A stretch of 64,000 nucleotides of DNA, from positions 2,224,011 through 2,288,010 of the forward strand of contig NC_019977.1 of the NCBI RefSeq assembly GCF_000328665.1, given 5' to 3'. This stretch comes from Methanomethylovorans hollandica DSM 15978. Its GTDB lineage: Archaea > Halobacteriota > Methanosarcinia > Methanosarcinales > Methanosarcinaceae. The position numbers and the translations under genes are program-made. This document shows, one piece after another, positions 41,870-52,604 of the stretch (positions are counted from its first letter, which is position 1; each line of letters starts with the position of its first letter). The notes beneath the pieces are model-generated. The model saw only the letters and a list, made by a program, of their open reading frames with translations, made no database searches and had not been told where the DNA came from.

Positions 41870-43783
41870 TTAAATATTCTCTATGATTTCACCGGTTCTT
41901 TCATAGGTAAATATCCCATATGGGAGTGCTGTGGCAAAATTATGGGACCTCAGTGCTACAAGCAGTTTTCTTACCTGGGGTATATTCATTATTTCTTTAT
42001 TGATAAGAAAATCAAAATCCTCTACAATAACAGGTATGAACTTGAGTCCCACTGTCTGTGCAAAGGGTCTGATACCGAATCCGACTTCTGCTTTTTTATT
42101 TAGTATTGTATCACAAACTGCTCTGTGCGTCCTTGAGCCTGAACTGTAACCAGGCATCATCTTTACAAGTTCTGTTTTTGTGGTGCCTTTTTTAACAGCA
42201 AGTTCTTCCAGCAGCTTATCGAGCAATGCTCTGGTCCCAGAACCCCTGTTACGGTTCACTATTTTTTTTCCAGGCAGGTCTTCCAAGCTTTTTATATTAC
42301 TTTCCGGGCGCACTATAAGTCCCTGTTCCCGTCGATAGCCCTTTACAAGAACAGCATTACTTATGCCTGTGCTTCGGATAGCTTCAAGTTTGTCATCTCC
42401 TGATCCAGCCAGGTTGATGCCTGCAATATCAGCTATACCTGCAACCATAGCACTTAATCCACGGCTGGACCCCATATTTATCACTCTGAATTTCATTCCA
42501 GTCAGATCTTCCAGCAGGTCGATGCCGGGACATTGTCCTCCTACGATCATAAGGTCTACAGGAGCTATATTTCCAAAAAGTGTAACGTCTATAGTTTTTC
42601 CGGCTTCCAGATATTCTGTCTCCTCGCTGATCTCTATAATGCCATCAGCTTCAGCAAGGGTGGTAATGGCTCCTGATGTTTTGTCTGCAGGATATACTTT
42701 GCCCCTGATCAATCCCACAGGATAAAGTTCCCTTCTTCCTTCGGACCGTATGGACGTTCCCATTACTGCTTGTACCTTTGTTCTGAACGGCGGAATAGTT
42801 TCAAGTGAATCGTATATCATAGGAGCTATGAATTCGTTAAATATAGAGAGTGCAGAAGTGGGGTTACCCGGAAGTCCTATAAGGGGCACATCATCAACAA
42901 TGCCTATAATTACTGGTTTTCCAGGCTTTATTGATATTCCGTGCAATAGTGTCTTTCCCTTTTCATCTATGATCTTATACATTACATCTCCCACGCCTGC
43001 AGAAGTACTGCCGGAAGTGAGCACCATGTTACATTCCTGTAATGCACTATCGATGGCATCTGACATCGCACGTTCGTCATCCTTCACAATTCCATATACT
43101 ATGGGTTTTGCACCGCATTCTTCTACACTGGCGGCTATGGCATAAGAATTAGCATCATAAATCTTACCGGCATATAGTTCAGATCCGGGCTGCACAAGTT
43201 CATCACCAGTGGAAATTATTCCAACGTTCAGTTCTTTTACTGTTACTTGGCTGATACCTATGGAAGCAAGTACTCCGATCTCACGTGGGCCGATGCGTAC
43301 GTTCCTGCGCAGCACACGTTCTCCTTTCATGATGTCAGCACCAGTACGCATGATATTCTCATTGATATGTACTGCCCGGCGTGCTAATATATTGCCATTT
43401 TCTGATATAGTGTGCTCCACCATCATTACAGCATCTGCACCTTCGGGTATTGGTGCCCCTGTGGCTATTTCGATGGCTTCGCCGGAATCAAGGGCTAGAT
43501 CCGAAACGCAGCCCGCAGCGATAGATCCAATATTCTCTAGTGTCACAGGCTCTATTTCTGTTGCCGTGTATGTATCCTGTGCCTTCACAGCAAAGCCATC
43601 TTTTACCGATCTGTCAAAGGCAGGTACATCTATGTCTGAAAAGACATCTTCGGCCAGAATGCGGTTATTTGCGTGTCCCAAGGGCACTTTTTTTAGTGCT
43701 GGCTTTATTTTGATAGCATTTATTATGTTACGTGCTTCTTTTGAGGATGTGAGTTCTCTGAATTCTTTTTGCTCCCTTTCCAA
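41870..43783 (-). CDS. moeA: molybdopterin molybdotransferase MoeA fused to a periplasmic-binding (PBP) domain
   Basis: DGFAV, IATGA, STGDE, IKPGKP, LPGNP, then GSSRGL...NRNRGSGTR PBP domain. Confidence 0.93.
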   Translation of the reverse strand: MEREQKEFRELTSSKEARNIINAIKIKPALKKVPLGHANNRILAEDVFSDIDVPAFDRSVKDGFAVKAQDTYTATEIEPVTLENIGSIAAGCVSDLALDSGEAIEIATGAPIPEGADAVMMVEHTISENGNILARRAVHINENIMRTGADIMKGERVLRRNVRIGPREIGVLASIGISQVTVKELNVGIISTGDELVQPGSELYAGKIYDANSYAIAASVEECGAKPIVYGIVKDDERAMSDAIDSALQECNMVLTSGSTSAGVGDVMYKIIDEKGKTLLHGISIKPGKPVIIGIVDDVPLIGLPGNPTSALSIFNEFIAPMIYDSLETIPPFRTKVQAVMGTSIRSEGRRELYPVGLIRGKVYPADKTSGAITTLAEADGIIEISEETEYLEAGKTIDVTLFGNIAPVDLMIVGGQCPGIDLLEDLTGMKFRVINMGSSRGLSAMVAGIADIAGINLAGSGDDKLEAIRSTGISNAVLVKGYRREQGLIVRPESNIKSLEDLPGKKIVNRNRGSGTRALLDKLLEELAVKKGTTKTELVKMMPGYSSGSRTHRAVCDTILNKKAEVGFGIRPFAQTVGLKFIPVIVEDFDFLINKEIMNIPQVRKLLVALRSHNFATALPYGIFTYERTGEIIENI

Positions 43784-43789
43784 CAGCTT

Positions 43790-44035
43790 TCACTCCTTCA
43801 GGTGCTCTAAGATCATTTTGTTGAGCCTGAACACCCTTGAGGCTACGTACCACAGGCCAAATATATACACTGCCCAGGTTGCAATGGAAAGCCATTTAAG
43901 TGATTCTGTAGGATCAAGAGCCTCAAAAACTATGACCAGTGTCACAGGCATCAAAAGCAATATAGCAATGACAGAGTCGTTCAGGTACTTTAAGTTTTCT
44001 AAAATCATTTTTTCTTTGTCAGGCACAAATTCCAT
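43790..44035 (-). CDS. small membrane protein
   Basis: Two hydrophobic helices; GAGGTG RBS; 6 bp upstream of moeA. Confidence 0.7.
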   Translation of the reverse strand: MEFVPDKEKMILENLKYLNDSVIAILLLMPVTLVIVFEALDPTESLKWLSIATWAVYIFGLWYVASRVFRLNKMILEHLKE

Positions 44036-44149
44036 AGTAACACCTCACATAGTTATTACAAATTTATATTAACCGAGATATATTATAAACCTGGCAGTCA
44101 ATAAATGCTTTGAAAAAAGAAATCTCTAAATATTAAAAATAAAGAGTTC

Positions 44150-45031
44150 TCACTCTTTATATATAGGTGTACCAGTGTTCTGGGTGATAACTTCGAAAGC
44201 CTTTATCATCTTCTTAGTGACGGGACCAGGTTTTCCGTTCCCGATCGCTCGTCCGTCGACCTTGACCAGAGGAGCAGCTTCTGCTGCCGTACCTGTAACA
44301 AAGATCTCATCAGCTGTGTAGAGGTCAAACATACCCAGATTTTCCACAGAGATCGGTATATTCATCTCTTCCAGCAGTTCAATGGCTGTAGCCCTGGTGA
44401 TACCTTTGAGGTTGTTGATGGTGGGTGGGGTGTAAACCTTACCGTTCTTTATAATGAAAATGTTATCTCCTGAACCTTCGGAGAGATAGCCATTGCTGTC
44501 AAAAAATATGGCTTCATCGCCTCCCTTTGCATTTGCCTCTATTTTCGCAAGGATATTGTTCAGGTAGTTGAGGGATTTGATGTTAGGCGATAGTGCATCG
44601 GCTGCATTGCGGCGAACTGAAACTGTGACTCCTGTAAGGCCAGTCTCATATAGGTCCCCATACATGGCGCCCCAGTACTGTGCGATGATGAACACACCGG
44701 GTTTCGGACATTTACGGGGGTCAAGGCCAAGGTCGCCGACCCCTCTGGTAACCAGCGGTCTTATATATGCATCCCTAAGGTCGTTCTTGCGCAGGGTTTC
44801 TAAAACGGCTTCAGACATTTCTTCTTTTGACATCGGAATATCCAGGGCGATAGCTTTTGCAGAATCATAAAGCCTGTCCAGGTGTTCCTTTAACTTGAAA
44901 ACACGTCCATTGTAGGCTCTGATACCTTCAAAGACCCCATCCCCATACAGGAAACCGTGGTCAAATACAGAAACACTAGCCTTAGATTTGTGAACGTACT
45001 CACCGTTGCAATAGATTAACAGCTCGCTCAT
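44150..45031 (-). CDS. ilvE: branched-chain amino acid aminotransferase
   Basis: [35 protein letters not shown]. Confidence 0.95.
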   Translation of the reverse strand: MSELLIYCNGEYVHKSKASVSVFDHGFLYGDGVFEGIRAYNGRVFKLKEHLDRLYDSAKAIALDIPMSKEEMSEAVLETLRKNDLRDAYIRPLVTRGVGDLGLDPRKCPKPGVFIIAQYWGAMYGDLYETGLTGVTVSVRRNAADALSPNIKSLNYLNNILAKIEANAKGGDEAIFFDSNGYLSEGSGDNIFIIKNGKVYTPPTINNLKGITRATAIELLEEMNIPISVENLGMFDLYTADEIFVTGTAAEAAPLVKVDGRAIGNGKPGPVTKKMIKAFEVITQNTGTPIYKE

Positions 45032-45591
45032 TTTATTACCTCATTAAACAGATGTAGTGATTGATGTCAATATACCCTATATTTGCATTTCGATTCTCTG
45101 AATGGAATGGAGGAAACCATCAACTTATCGGCTTGAATTTTATTCAACCCCATAAAAATAGTGATAAATGTTTTTTAATCTATTTGCACCATTTTATTAT
45201 CAACGCAAAAGTGCTGAGGTGCCAGGAACTGAATAACAATCTTTACGTCCTCGCGCTTTTGTGCCGGTGCGTTAAAAGTAAATTACATTAAGAAAGAGAT
45301 AAATAAATAGATAAATAGATAAATAAGACAATTTTTAAATAAAAACTTTTTTTGCAATCCTCTTATCTATGTCCGCTAGAACCATGCATTTGAGTTTTAG
45401 ATAAACTTTGATAATTGGATCGTGAATCTCCTATCTCTTTTTCTCCAGTTTCCTTCTTTTTTTGCATGTGTGCTCAAGTATTTCTCGCATTGTTTAAGAT
45501 TTTAAAAAATTTGTATTAAAAATACATATCTATTTATTGATACAGTCTCATAATTTCTACATACCTATTAATTATAGGGGGTAGTGAATCA

Positions 45592-46668
45592 ATGACACAA
45601 AGAATGACACCGTCTGAACGTATGATGGCCGTTATGAGCGGACAAAAGCCTGATCGTGTGCCTGTGGTCCCTTTCGTATTAGGTTATTCTTCAAAGATAA
45701 CTGGCATATCACTTGGTGACTTCTATGCCGATGGAGATAAGTGTTTCGAAGCTCAGTTCGCTTCAATGCGCCTGCATGGTTACGAGCAGACCCCGATGTA
45801 TGGATATGCATCACTAGGCGCATTAGAATTTGGTGGGGAGATAGAGTATCCCTATGGTAAAGGCCAAGGTGCACCCTTTGTAAAAAAACATCCTGTGAAA
45901 AACATAGAAGACATAGAGAAACTAGAAGTACCTGATTTTAAAAGAGAATTACCTGGCGCATATAAGGAAGCAGATAAATTGGCTGCAAGATGCCATGCAA
46001 TGGGAATGCCCATTAGTGTGCAGACAGGCAGTACCTTTACTGCAGCGTCTGTAGTTGCGGATACATCTGAGTTTCTGAGCTGGCTTATCATGGAGCCAAA
46101 GGCTGCACACTCACTACTCGATAAAGTATGTGATATGTTCATCAATGCTATAGATTATTTTGCAGAGAAATATGGTGCTGAAAACATGCTCCCATTTGAC
46201 GGAGGGCCTTCTGAATCCAATACCATGATCTCGCCGGACACGTTTGCTGAATTCGCATATCCATACATGAAAAGGATTCATGTTCACTTGAAAGAACTGG
46301 GAGTACATGCTGTACTTATGCATCCATGTTCTAATCAGAACAAGAATATAGAACATTATGTCAAATTAAGGAATGAGCTGAATTGGTCTGGAAAATATGT
46401 CTGGCTGTTCGGCCCGGAAACTCCTGTCAAGGATCAGATAAAAGCTTTTGGTGATCACGATGTCATCTGTGGCAATATCAATCCCCCGCTTTTCCTTACC
46501 AAGTCATATGAAGAATTAATGGATATCTGTAAGCAGACAATACTCGAAGGTATGAACTCACCATCAGGTTTTATTCTTGCTCCCGGGTGTGAATTTCCTG
46601 TTAATGCAGCCCCCCTCAAGTTAATGGCCATGCTGGACGCTGCAGAAACGTATGGCAGATATGAATGA
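45592..46668 (+). CDS. uroporphyrinogen decarboxylase-fold methyltransferase (MtaA/CmuA-like)
   Basis: MTPSER..KPDRVPVVP, ISPDTFAEF..PY, HPC and LAPGCE (H-x-C...C zinc ligands). Confidence 0.8.
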   Translation: MTQRMTPSERMMAVMSGQKPDRVPVVPFVLGYSSKITGISLGDFYADGDKCFEAQFASMRLHGYEQTPMYGYASLGALEFGGEIEYPYGKGQGAPFVKKHPVKNIEDIEKLEVPDFKRELPGAYKEADKLAARCHAMGMPISVQTGSTFTAASVVADTSEFLSWLIMEPKAAHSLLDKVCDMFINAIDYFAEKYGAENMLPFDGGPSESNTMISPDTFAEFAYPYMKRIHVHLKELGVHAVLMHPCSNQNKNIEHYVKLRNELNWSGKYVWLFGPETPVKDQIKAFGDHDVICGNINPPLFLTKSYEELMDICKQTILEGMNSPSGFILAPGCEFPVNAAPLKLMAMLDAAETYGRYE

Positions 46669-46783
46669 ATCAAGCATTAATTGCTTGATCTTTTATTTTA
46701 TATGCCAAAACCTAATTTGATGATCTTTTTATCTCATCGTACAAAAGGCTTTTATGTTAAAACATCTATCACATACCCCTACA

Positions 46784-46858
46784 GGTCCCGTGGCTTAGCC
46801 AGGATATAGCATCGGGCTTCTAACCCGAGGGTCGGGGGTTCGAATCCCTCCGGGATCG
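46784..46858 (+). tRNA. tRNA-Arg (anticodon UCU), intronless, CCA not encoded
   Basis: Acceptor stem GGTCCCG/CGGGATC, anticodon arm TCGGG-CTTCTAA-CCCGA, T-arm GGGGG-TTCGAAT-CCCTC. Confidence 0.96.
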
Positions 46859-47152
46859 TTTTTTATTTTTCAGTGTTGACCTATATACACGTGTGATGCC
46901 TTTTTTCTGTAAAACAAGCCATTCTCCCAGCACATGCACACCATTCCACATCATAGCAAGGGATGGAATAGCTGGTAATGTCATACAGTGGAAAATGCAG
47001 AAAAGTCTGTTAAAAGCACCAGTAACAGTACTATCTATTTTAATTCATCAGACTTGTGCATCTTAGTCCTTCTGTTTTTAAGTACCTTCTGAAAGGTATA
47101 ATGCAGGAAAAAGACCTTCGCAAAGTTCTTCCTCAATCATTTCCAATTGTAC

Positions 47153-47908
47153 TCAGATACTTATCTTCCGGAAAAGGTACGCACCGAAGACCACCATGAA
47201 TATTGTAAATCCGCTAAGCACAAAAAAACTCAATACCGGGTCGATCTGGGAGGTTCCAAGCAGTCCGTATCTTATCCCTTCTACCCCGTATGTCAGCGGA
47301 TCCAGCATGGTCAGGGCCCTTATCCAGGGGGGCAGGCTGTCAATGGGAAATAACGCTCCTGAAAGTCCGAAGATGGGGAATACAACAAAGTTCATTATGA
47401 GCTGGAATCCATGCATATCCTCCATTCTGGATGCACAGGCAATGCCAAATGCAGTGAAGGAAAGCCCGATCAAGATCATGAATATGATCGCCAGAGCGAA
47501 TCCCGGAATACTGGTGATCTTCAGGCCCATGAATAACGAGATCACAAGAATTATGATTCCCTGTATAAGAGCAGTAGTAGCTCCTCCCACGGTTTGTCCC
47601 AGCATGATCTCAATTCTGGATACCGGTGCAACCAGGGTTTCTTTTAAGAACCCGAATTGCTTGTCCCAGATGATCTGTATGCCTGAGAATATGGACGTGA
47701 ACAAAACGCTCATGGAAATAATGCCCGGAATGATAAATCCTATGTATCCGTGGCTCATTCCCGGAAGACTGACCACGGAATTAAGGCCGAAGCCGAGTAC
47801 AAGTAATAAGAACATAGGCATGCCTAAGCTGCCCAAGATCCTGCTTTTGGAGCGAAGATAACGTTTTACATTTCTCAACCAGATAGTATATACAATATCC
47901 ATTTTCAT
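47153..47908 (-). CDS. ABC-2 type exporter permease (DrrB-like)
   Basis: FIIPG, DKQFGFLKETLVAPVSR, LSGALFP, PLTYGVEGIR. Confidence 0.92.
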   Translation of the reverse strand: MKMDIVYTIWLRNVKRYLRSKSRILGSLGMPMFLLLVLGFGLNSVVSLPGMSHGYIGFIIPGIISMSVLFTSIFSGIQIIWDKQFGFLKETLVAPVSRIEIMLGQTVGGATTALIQGIIILVISLFMGLKITSIPGFALAIIFMILIGLSFTAFGIACASRMEDMHGFQLIMNFVVFPIFGLSGALFPIDSLPPWIRALTMLDPLTYGVEGIRYGLLGTSQIDPVLSFFVLSGFTIFMVVFGAYLFRKISI

Positions 47909-48888
47909 CTCCTCTGCGACCTTTGCATCCGCATGCGATCTTTACTGCTGGCCTCTTCTTCTCTCATGGTCCTGCCTGTGTAATGCAAAAAGACATCTTC
48001 AAGAGTGGGTTTATGGATAGAAATAGATTCTATGTCTATCCCAGCTTCAGATGCAAGATTTACGATCTCAACAATACGTTTTTCTGCTTTGTGGAGTTTT
48101 ATCGTGACAGAGTCATCGCGAATGCCTGCATGTTTGACCCATGAACACTTTATGATCGTTGAATGGAGCCTCTCCTTGTCCGAAGATACAATCTCGATCA
48201 TATCTCCTCCTATGCTCTCTTTGAGCCTCTCCGAGGTATCCAATGCGATGATCTTCCCTTTATCAATTATTGCCACTCTGTCACAAAGCTTGTCTGCTTC
48301 TTCCATATAATGCGTAGTGAGGACTATTGTGATCCCTTTTTCTTTATTCAGCCTGTCAATATAGTTCCAGAGATGGTTCCTTGTTTGAGGGTCAAGGCCA
48401 AGGGTAGGTTCATCCAGGAACAGCACTCTGGGTTCGTGCAGGAGACCTCTCGCAATCTCCAGACGTCTTCTCATTCCCCCAGAATATGTTTTTACAAGAT
48501 TGTCCTTTTTCTCTTCCAGCTCCACAAGCTTCAGGAGTTCTCTTATCTTTTTCTCTCTAATGTCCTTTGGAATGCGATACAATCTGGCATGAAAGTCCAT
48601 ATTCTCATAGGCCGTGAGTTCTTCATCAAGGCTCTGGTCCTGAAACACAATGCCAATGGATTTTCTTACATTGTCTTGTTCTTTCAATATATCAAAATTG
48701 TTCACGGAAGCCCTGCCGGAAGTTGGTTTCAACATGGTTGAAAGCATGGACATTGTGGTCGTCTTACCTGCCCCATTGGGGCCAAGCAAGCCAAAAGCTT
48801 CTCCTTTTTTTATACTGAAAGAAATATGGTCTACAGCAACAAATCTATTAAATTCCTTAGTCAGGTTCTCAACCTCTATAGCCGCCAT
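47905..48888 (-). CDS. ABC exporter ATP-binding protein (DrrA-like)
   Basis: GPNGAGKTT, YSGGMRRR, LDEPT, TTHYMEEAD, PTLEDVF. Confidence 0.94.
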   Translation of the reverse strand: MAAIEVENLTKEFNRFVAVDHISFSIKKGEAFGLLGPNGAGKTTTMSMLSTMLKPTSGRASVNNFDILKEQDNVRKSIGIVFQDQSLDEELTAYENMDFHARLYRIPKDIREKKIRELLKLVELEEKKDNLVKTYSGGMRRRLEIARGLLHEPRVLFLDEPTLGLDPQTRNHLWNYIDRLNKEKGITIVLTTHYMEEADKLCDRVAIIDKGKIIALDTSERLKESIGGDMIEIVSSDKERLHSTIIKCSWVKHAGIRDDSVTIKLHKAEKRIVEIVNLASEAGIDIESISIHKPTLEDVFLHYTGRTMREEEASSKDRMRMQRSQRR

Positions 48889-49505
48889 TACGATCTATCT
48901 CCTATGCCTTCGAACAACAGGTCGATCTTTACAGATATGTTTCTTGAAAAAGAGAGTTCGTTCTCTGACTTCAGCCACACCATTAAAGTGTGAAAATACA
49001 TAGCGTTCAGGATTTCAGCTGCCATTATCGTATCGATACTTTCTTTTACTTCTCTTTTTTTGATACCCTCTTGCAGCAAGTCCAGAAGCACTTTGATAAG
49101 ACGATAATGTGGATTTCTCTCCTTATCAGGAGTATTTCTTGAATCCTCTATGTATCTTCTATATTCAAAGAACAGCAATTTTGTGAGCTCCTTGTCATTC
49201 TCGTAACTTTCAGCCAATGCTACAAGGAACTTCTTTATCCTTTCTTTTGTATGAAGATGCTTTATAGTTTCGTTCTCTGTCAAGCCGTAGACCAGCTCAG
49301 CCTTTTGTTCAGCGAAGTAAAAAACAAGTGACTCTTTTGTCGGGAAATAATTAAAAAAAGTACCTTTTGCAATTCCGGCTTCCTTTGTTATTTCGTCGAT
49401 CGTGGTACTTTCAAAGCCTTTTTCTTTGAACAGCTTCCCGGATACTTCAAAGATCCTGTTCTTTGTTTCTATCTTCCTTTTTTGGCGAAGTGACATGTTA
49501 TCCAT
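48888..49505 (-). CDS. TetR/AcrR family transcriptional regulator
   Basis: KGFESTTIDEI..AGIAKGTFFNYFPTKE. Confidence 0.94.
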   Translation of the reverse strand: MDNMSLRQKRKIETKNRIFEVSGKLFKEKGFESTTIDEITKEAGIAKGTFFNYFPTKESLVFYFAEQKAELVYGLTENETIKHLHTKERIKKFLVALAESYENDKELTKLLFFEYRRYIEDSRNTPDKERNPHYRLIKVLLDLLQEGIKKREVKESIDTIMAAEILNAMYFHTLMVWLKSENELSFSRNISVKIDLLFEGIGDRS

Positions 49506-49524
49506 TTCATTCTATATGGGCTTA

Positions 49525-49566
49525 ATAAATATGACTGGGGTCATTAATGACTCGGGTCATATTTAT
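49525..49566. promoter_or_regulatory. tandem palindromic operator (probable TetR autoregulation site)
   Basis: ATAAAT-ATGACTGGGGTCAT-TA-ATGACTCGGGTCAT-ATTTAT: two ATGAC-N4-GTCAT boxes in a 42-bp dyad, 20 bp upstream of tetR. Confidence 0.75.
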
Positions 49567-49685
49567 ACCTTTGTCCCATGTGTTTGCATAAAAACTTTTT
49601 GTGGCATCTATTCCACAAAAAGCGTGAATTTGAGAAACCCTTATGTGCTTTTACCTCATTCTTTTCCTATAGGTGGATGTTTCAA

Positions 49686-50090
49686 ATGGGAGAAATACAA
49701 GTCTTCATAAATAAACTGGATAGCAGAAGCTTCAGGTCTTCAGACGTTGAGTTGCTTGTCAAGCAACTTGTTCAGGATGCCAGGCTGGGCAAGGCAAAAG
49801 TAGAAAAGGACGATATTCAGTGGTTGCACACATATCAGTTCGCACTACAGCAGCTTGAACTTCATCTCAGGCAGGCTCCCCCCTCAGTTCACCAGGGGGA
49901 ATGGAGGGATGTTGCCGAAGATCTTTCCAAAGTTAAGCAGATGGTGGATGATATGGAACAAAAAAGTATCGTCTCTGATGTGGCATGGAATGCAGGAGGC
50001 TTAGCCATATTCAGTATCCCTGACCCCGTCTGCTATAAGGAACATGTTTACTGTGCTATCACAAACTACATCAAAAAATTATATGTTTAG
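49686..50090 (+). CDS. hypothetical protein
   Basis: ORF with an AGGTGG RBS-like motif before ATG 49686. Confidence 0.65.
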   Translation: MGEIQVFINKLDSRSFRSSDVELLVKQLVQDARLGKAKVEKDDIQWLHTYQFALQQLELHLRQAPPSVHQGEWRDVAEDLSKVKQMVDDMEQKSIVSDVAWNAGGLAIFSIPDPVCYKEHVYCAITNYIKKLYV

Positions 50091-50292
50091 GCAAGCCTCC
50101 CATCTTAAATGGGATTATTATTTTTTGCTGTTAATGTGAGCTCAGAGCTTTTATTGAGCATCGTTGGTTATCTTTATATAGAACTGCCTGCATTTAGATT
50201 CAATCATCGAGTGCTAAATATCTTTGATAAAAGCACTTCAAGGTTCAAATTGATTGTTCAATTATCCAACACTATATGAGGAGGTTAATGAT

Positions 50293-51927
50293 TTGGCAGC
50301 ACGAATGGCTGGACAACCAGCATACTATTCAGGTAACAGAAATCAGAGGACCAGGGGTCACGATGCTCAGAGCATCAATATCCTTGCAGGAAAGGCTGTG
50401 GCAAATGCAGTAAGAAGCACACTGGGTCCCAAAGGTATGGACAAGATGCTTGTGGACTCATTGGGTGATATAGTCATCACCAATGATGGAGCCACTATTC
50501 TGAAGGAAATGGATATTGAGCACCCGGCTGCAAAGATGGTAGTGGAAGTGTCCAAGACCCAGGATGATGAAGTGGGAGACGGAACTACCACAGCAGCAGT
50601 ACTTACAGGGGAATTGCTCACCAAGGCAGAGGAATTGATTAACAAAGGTGTCCACCCAACTATAATCACAAGTGGATACAGGCAAGCAGCTGCGAAATGT
50701 GAAGAAGTCCTGGGGACTATTACCATTGATATTTCACCTGAAGACAGAACAGCTCTCAAGAAGGTAGCTTCAACTGCACTTACAGGCAAGGGCGAAGGAG
50801 AGTTACAAATGGACCTTCTTTCTGAGATAGCTATCGATGCAGTCCTTTCTGTGGCAGAGAAGACCGATTCAGGTTACAAGGTCGATATAGAGGACATCAC
50901 TATTGAGAAGCATGAAGGCGGTAGTATCAAGGACACGGAACTGGTCAAGGGGCTTGTAATAGATAAGGATCGTGTCAGACCCAATATGCCTCAGAGGGTC
51001 GACAATGCTAAAATTATGCTAACAAGCTTTGCTATCGAGTTCAACAAGATCGAGAAGGATGCCGAGATAAAGATCACATCCCCTGAACAGATGCAGCTGT
51101 TCGTGGACCAGGAAGAGCGCATGATCAAGGCAAAGGTCGACAACATTATCCAGACAGGTGCAAATGTTGTGTTCTGTCAGAAGGGTATTGATGATCTTGC
51201 CCAGTACTATCTGGAGAAGGCCGGCATATATGCTTGTAGAAGGGTCAAGAAGAGCGATATGGAAAAGCTCGCCAGGTCTACTGGAGCTACGATTGTGCAG
51301 GATGACACAGAGATTCTTATCGAAGACCTTGGTTATGCAGAATCTGTGGAAGAAAGAGATCTCAAAGGCACCAAGATGACCTTTGTGATGGGCTGTAAGG
51401 ACGCAAAGGCCGTATCTCTGATCCTTCATGGGGGAACTACTCATATAGTGGATAGCCTGAAACGTGCACTCAATGATGCACTACGGGTTGTAGGTGTTTG
51501 CCTGGAGGATGGCAAGGTAGTGGTAGGCGGAGGTGCAACTGAAGTAGAACTCGCAATGAGGCTCAGACAGTACGCTTCAACTCTCAAAGGCAGAGAACAG
51601 CTTGCAGTAAACGGATTTGCAGATGCTTTGGAGGTCATTCCGCAAACCCTTGCAGAGAATGGTGGAATTGACCCGATAGACATACTTGTTGAGATGCGTT
51701 CCCAGCATGAGAAAGGTAATAAAAGAGCAGGTGTGAACGTATACACGGGCAAGGTAGTTGACATGTGGGACGAGAATGTCATTGAACCACTAAGGGTAAA
51801 GACACAGGCCATTAATTCAGCTACGGAAGCTGCCGTTATGATCCTGCGGATCGACGATGTGGTTGCATCTTCCGGCAAGTCAAGTGCTGGAGGCATGCCA
51901 GGCTCTGATGTAGAACTGGGTGAATGA
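50293..51927 (+). CDS. thermosome (group II chaperonin) subunit
   Basis: [37 protein letters not shown] before TTG 50293. Confidence 0.96.
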   Translation: MAARMAGQPAYYSGNRNQRTRGHDAQSINILAGKAVANAVRSTLGPKGMDKMLVDSLGDIVITNDGATILKEMDIEHPAAKMVVEVSKTQDDEVGDGTTTAAVLTGELLTKAEELINKGVHPTIITSGYRQAAAKCEEVLGTITIDISPEDRTALKKVASTALTGKGEGELQMDLLSEIAIDAVLSVAEKTDSGYKVDIEDITIEKHEGGSIKDTELVKGLVIDKDRVRPNMPQRVDNAKIMLTSFAIEFNKIEKDAEIKITSPEQMQLFVDQEERMIKAKVDNIIQTGANVVFCQKGIDDLAQYYLEKAGIYACRRVKKSDMEKLARSTGATIVQDDTEILIEDLGYAESVEERDLKGTKMTFVMGCKDAKAVSLILHGGTTHIVDSLKRALNDALRVVGVCLEDGKVVVGGGATEVELAMRLRQYASTLKGREQLAVNGFADALEVIPQTLAENGGIDPIDILVEMRSQHEKGNKRAGVNVYTGKVVDMWDENVIEPLRVKTQAINSATEAAVMILRIDDVVASSGKSSAGGMPGSDVELGE

Positions 51928-52024
51928 TCCAGTTCTTTTTTATGAACCATCAACTATTGCCGAACTTATTTCGGCTTTCTTTTTTTATTTCTCTTTTATG
52001 TTTAGATAATAATCTTTAAATTTA

Positions 52025-52056
52025 ATGTAAACCAGTTATGTATTTATGGTTTACAA
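52025..52056. promoter_or_regulatory. BirA operator (biotin box)
   Basis: ATGTAAACC-N14-GGTTTACAA, matching the BirA consensus, at the start of bioY. Confidence 0.85.
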
Positions 52057-52600
52057 TAATCAGTCTTACAAAGACAAATCTCATACTGACCTGAAGAGGA
52101 TGGTCTTTGCAGCCCTCTTCGCATCCCTCACAGCTGTAGGCGCATATGTGAAAATCCCTTTGCCCTTTACACCTGTTCCGGTTACGATGCAGGTATTCTT
52201 TGTATTGCTTGCAGGTTCCATGTTAGGTAGCCGATGGGGGACAATTAGCATGGTCGTGTACTTGTTGTTGGGTTTAGCAGGCTTTCCTGTATTTGCAGGG
52301 GGGTCTTCTGGCATGGGAGTGCTTTTTGGTCCTACTGGGGGCTATCTTGCAGGATTTATTTTTGCAGCATTTGGGATAGGTAAACTCTCTGAAATCCTTT
52401 CCCAGCATGGCCTATTGAAAAATATTCTATGCATGACCCTAGGACTATGTATCATTTATTTATTAGGGGCCTTCAGATTGATGTCTGTAGCAGATCTGAC
52501 ATTCCAGCAAACAATAGTTGCAGGAGTACTGCCGTTCATTATAGGAGATTTAGCCTCATTGCTGCTTGCTGCGCTCATAGCTACACGATACGAGGTATGA
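52046..52600 (+). CDS. bioY: biotin ECF transporter S component BioY
   Basis: PVPVTMQ, GFPVFAGG, GPTGGYL, FIIGD. Confidence 0.93.
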   Translation: MVYNNQSYKDKSHTDLKRMVFAALFASLTAVGAYVKIPLPFTPVPVTMQVFFVLLAGSMLGSRWGTISMVVYLLLGLAGFPVFAGGSSGMGVLFGPTGGYLAGFIFAAFGIGKLSEILSQHGLLKNILCMTLGLCIIYLLGAFRLMSVADLTFQQTIVAGVLPFIIGDLASLLLAALIATRYEV

Positions 52601-52604
52601 ATAC

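Noticed and set aside
46784..46858. tRNA-Arg as attachment site of an integrated element
   Set aside because: No integrase and no duplicated tRNA end noticed within the window
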